From Candidatus Altiarchaeota archaeon (GTDB lineage: Archaea; Altiarchaeota; Altiarchaeia; IMC4; SCGC-AAA252-I15): a DNA stretch of 13,947 nucleotides. The first letter of the stretch is position 1, and the number at the start of each line of letters is the position of its first letter. Position numbers and translations under genes: made by a program. Where the stretch lies: the NCBI GenBank assembly GCA_043804895.1, contig JAZDIN010000049.1, positions 1-13,947 on the forward strand, read 5' to 3'. Shown in pieces: positions 13,664-13,947 of the stretch. The notes below the pieces were generated by a model. It did not search any database. It was not told the DNA's origin and was given only the letters and a program-made list of their open reading frames with translations.

Positions 13664-13947
13664 ATGGGCTTTAGTTCCGTAATATCCGCATTAATTGTTG
13701 CAACGTTCATAATACTCGTTGGGTCTGCAATCTTCCTTGGGCATTCAGGCTACACAAAGGCGGAGTTGGGTTTGAAATCGTACGAGAGAATGTCCGAATA
13801 CGGAAGGAGGACAGCCATAGCATACTCCGACTTTAACTGCACTAATACAACTGACACAATAATGAACGTGACGCTCTACATACTCAACGACGGCTCCTCC
13901 AGCATCCGCACAGACTGCATCGACCTCCTCATAGACGACGGATGGAT
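13664..13947 (+). CDS. Third FlaF/FlaG-family paralogue, 3'-truncated by window edge (not in ORF track)
   Basis: Hand translation MGFSSVISALIVATFIILVGSAIFLG...RRTAI...VTLYILNDGSSSIRTDCIDLLIDDGW has the same MGFS-TM, (I/V)LNDG and C-x-D-x2-(I/V)D pattern as the two preceding genes; starts 1 nt after the flaF stop. Confidence 0.75.
   Translation, partial: MGFSSVISALIVATFIILVGSAIFLGHSGYTKAELGLKSYERMSEYGRRTAIAYSDFNCTNTTDTIMNVTLYILNDGSSSIRTDCIDLLIDDGW

Noticed and set aside
12731-13947. Calling the three small genes archaellins (flaB)
   Set aside because: They lack a positively charged class III signal peptide and the archaellin GIGTLIxFIAxVLVAAVAA N-terminus; they begin directly with MG(F/L)S plus TM helix, as FlaF/FlaG do.

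Overview
Archaeal genomic window with three blocks. Archaeal origin is inferred from archaellum accessory genes, a DUF835 protein, TATA boxes about 25 nt upstream of start codons and GGTGA-type ribosome-binding sites; the exact lineage cannot be determined from sequence alone. (1) 1-2600 is a small defence-like patch: a 5'-truncated archaeal ATPase-wHTH-PD-(D/E)XK (DUF234-type) gene and a wHTH-MNT/HEPN toxin-antitoxin pair, bracketed by two short 3'-end gene remnants missed by the ORF track. (2) 2610-9950 is a surface-glycan locus: four GT4 glycosyltransferases (one with degenerate catalytic motifs, one with a 4-Cys insert), a Wzx/MOP flippase and a GT-C-like membrane protein, with two abutting long hairpins at 6465-6557. 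(3) 9984-13947 holds a coiled-coil/DUF835 gene, a 330-nt intergenic region that folds extensively, and an atypical archaellum gene cluster. That cluster has no archaellin at its front, begins with one FlaC domain fused to three FlaD/E-type repeats, and continues with at least three FlaG/FlaF-family paralogues sharing unusual cysteines. All family calls are by-eye motif recognition; no database searches or folding programs were run.
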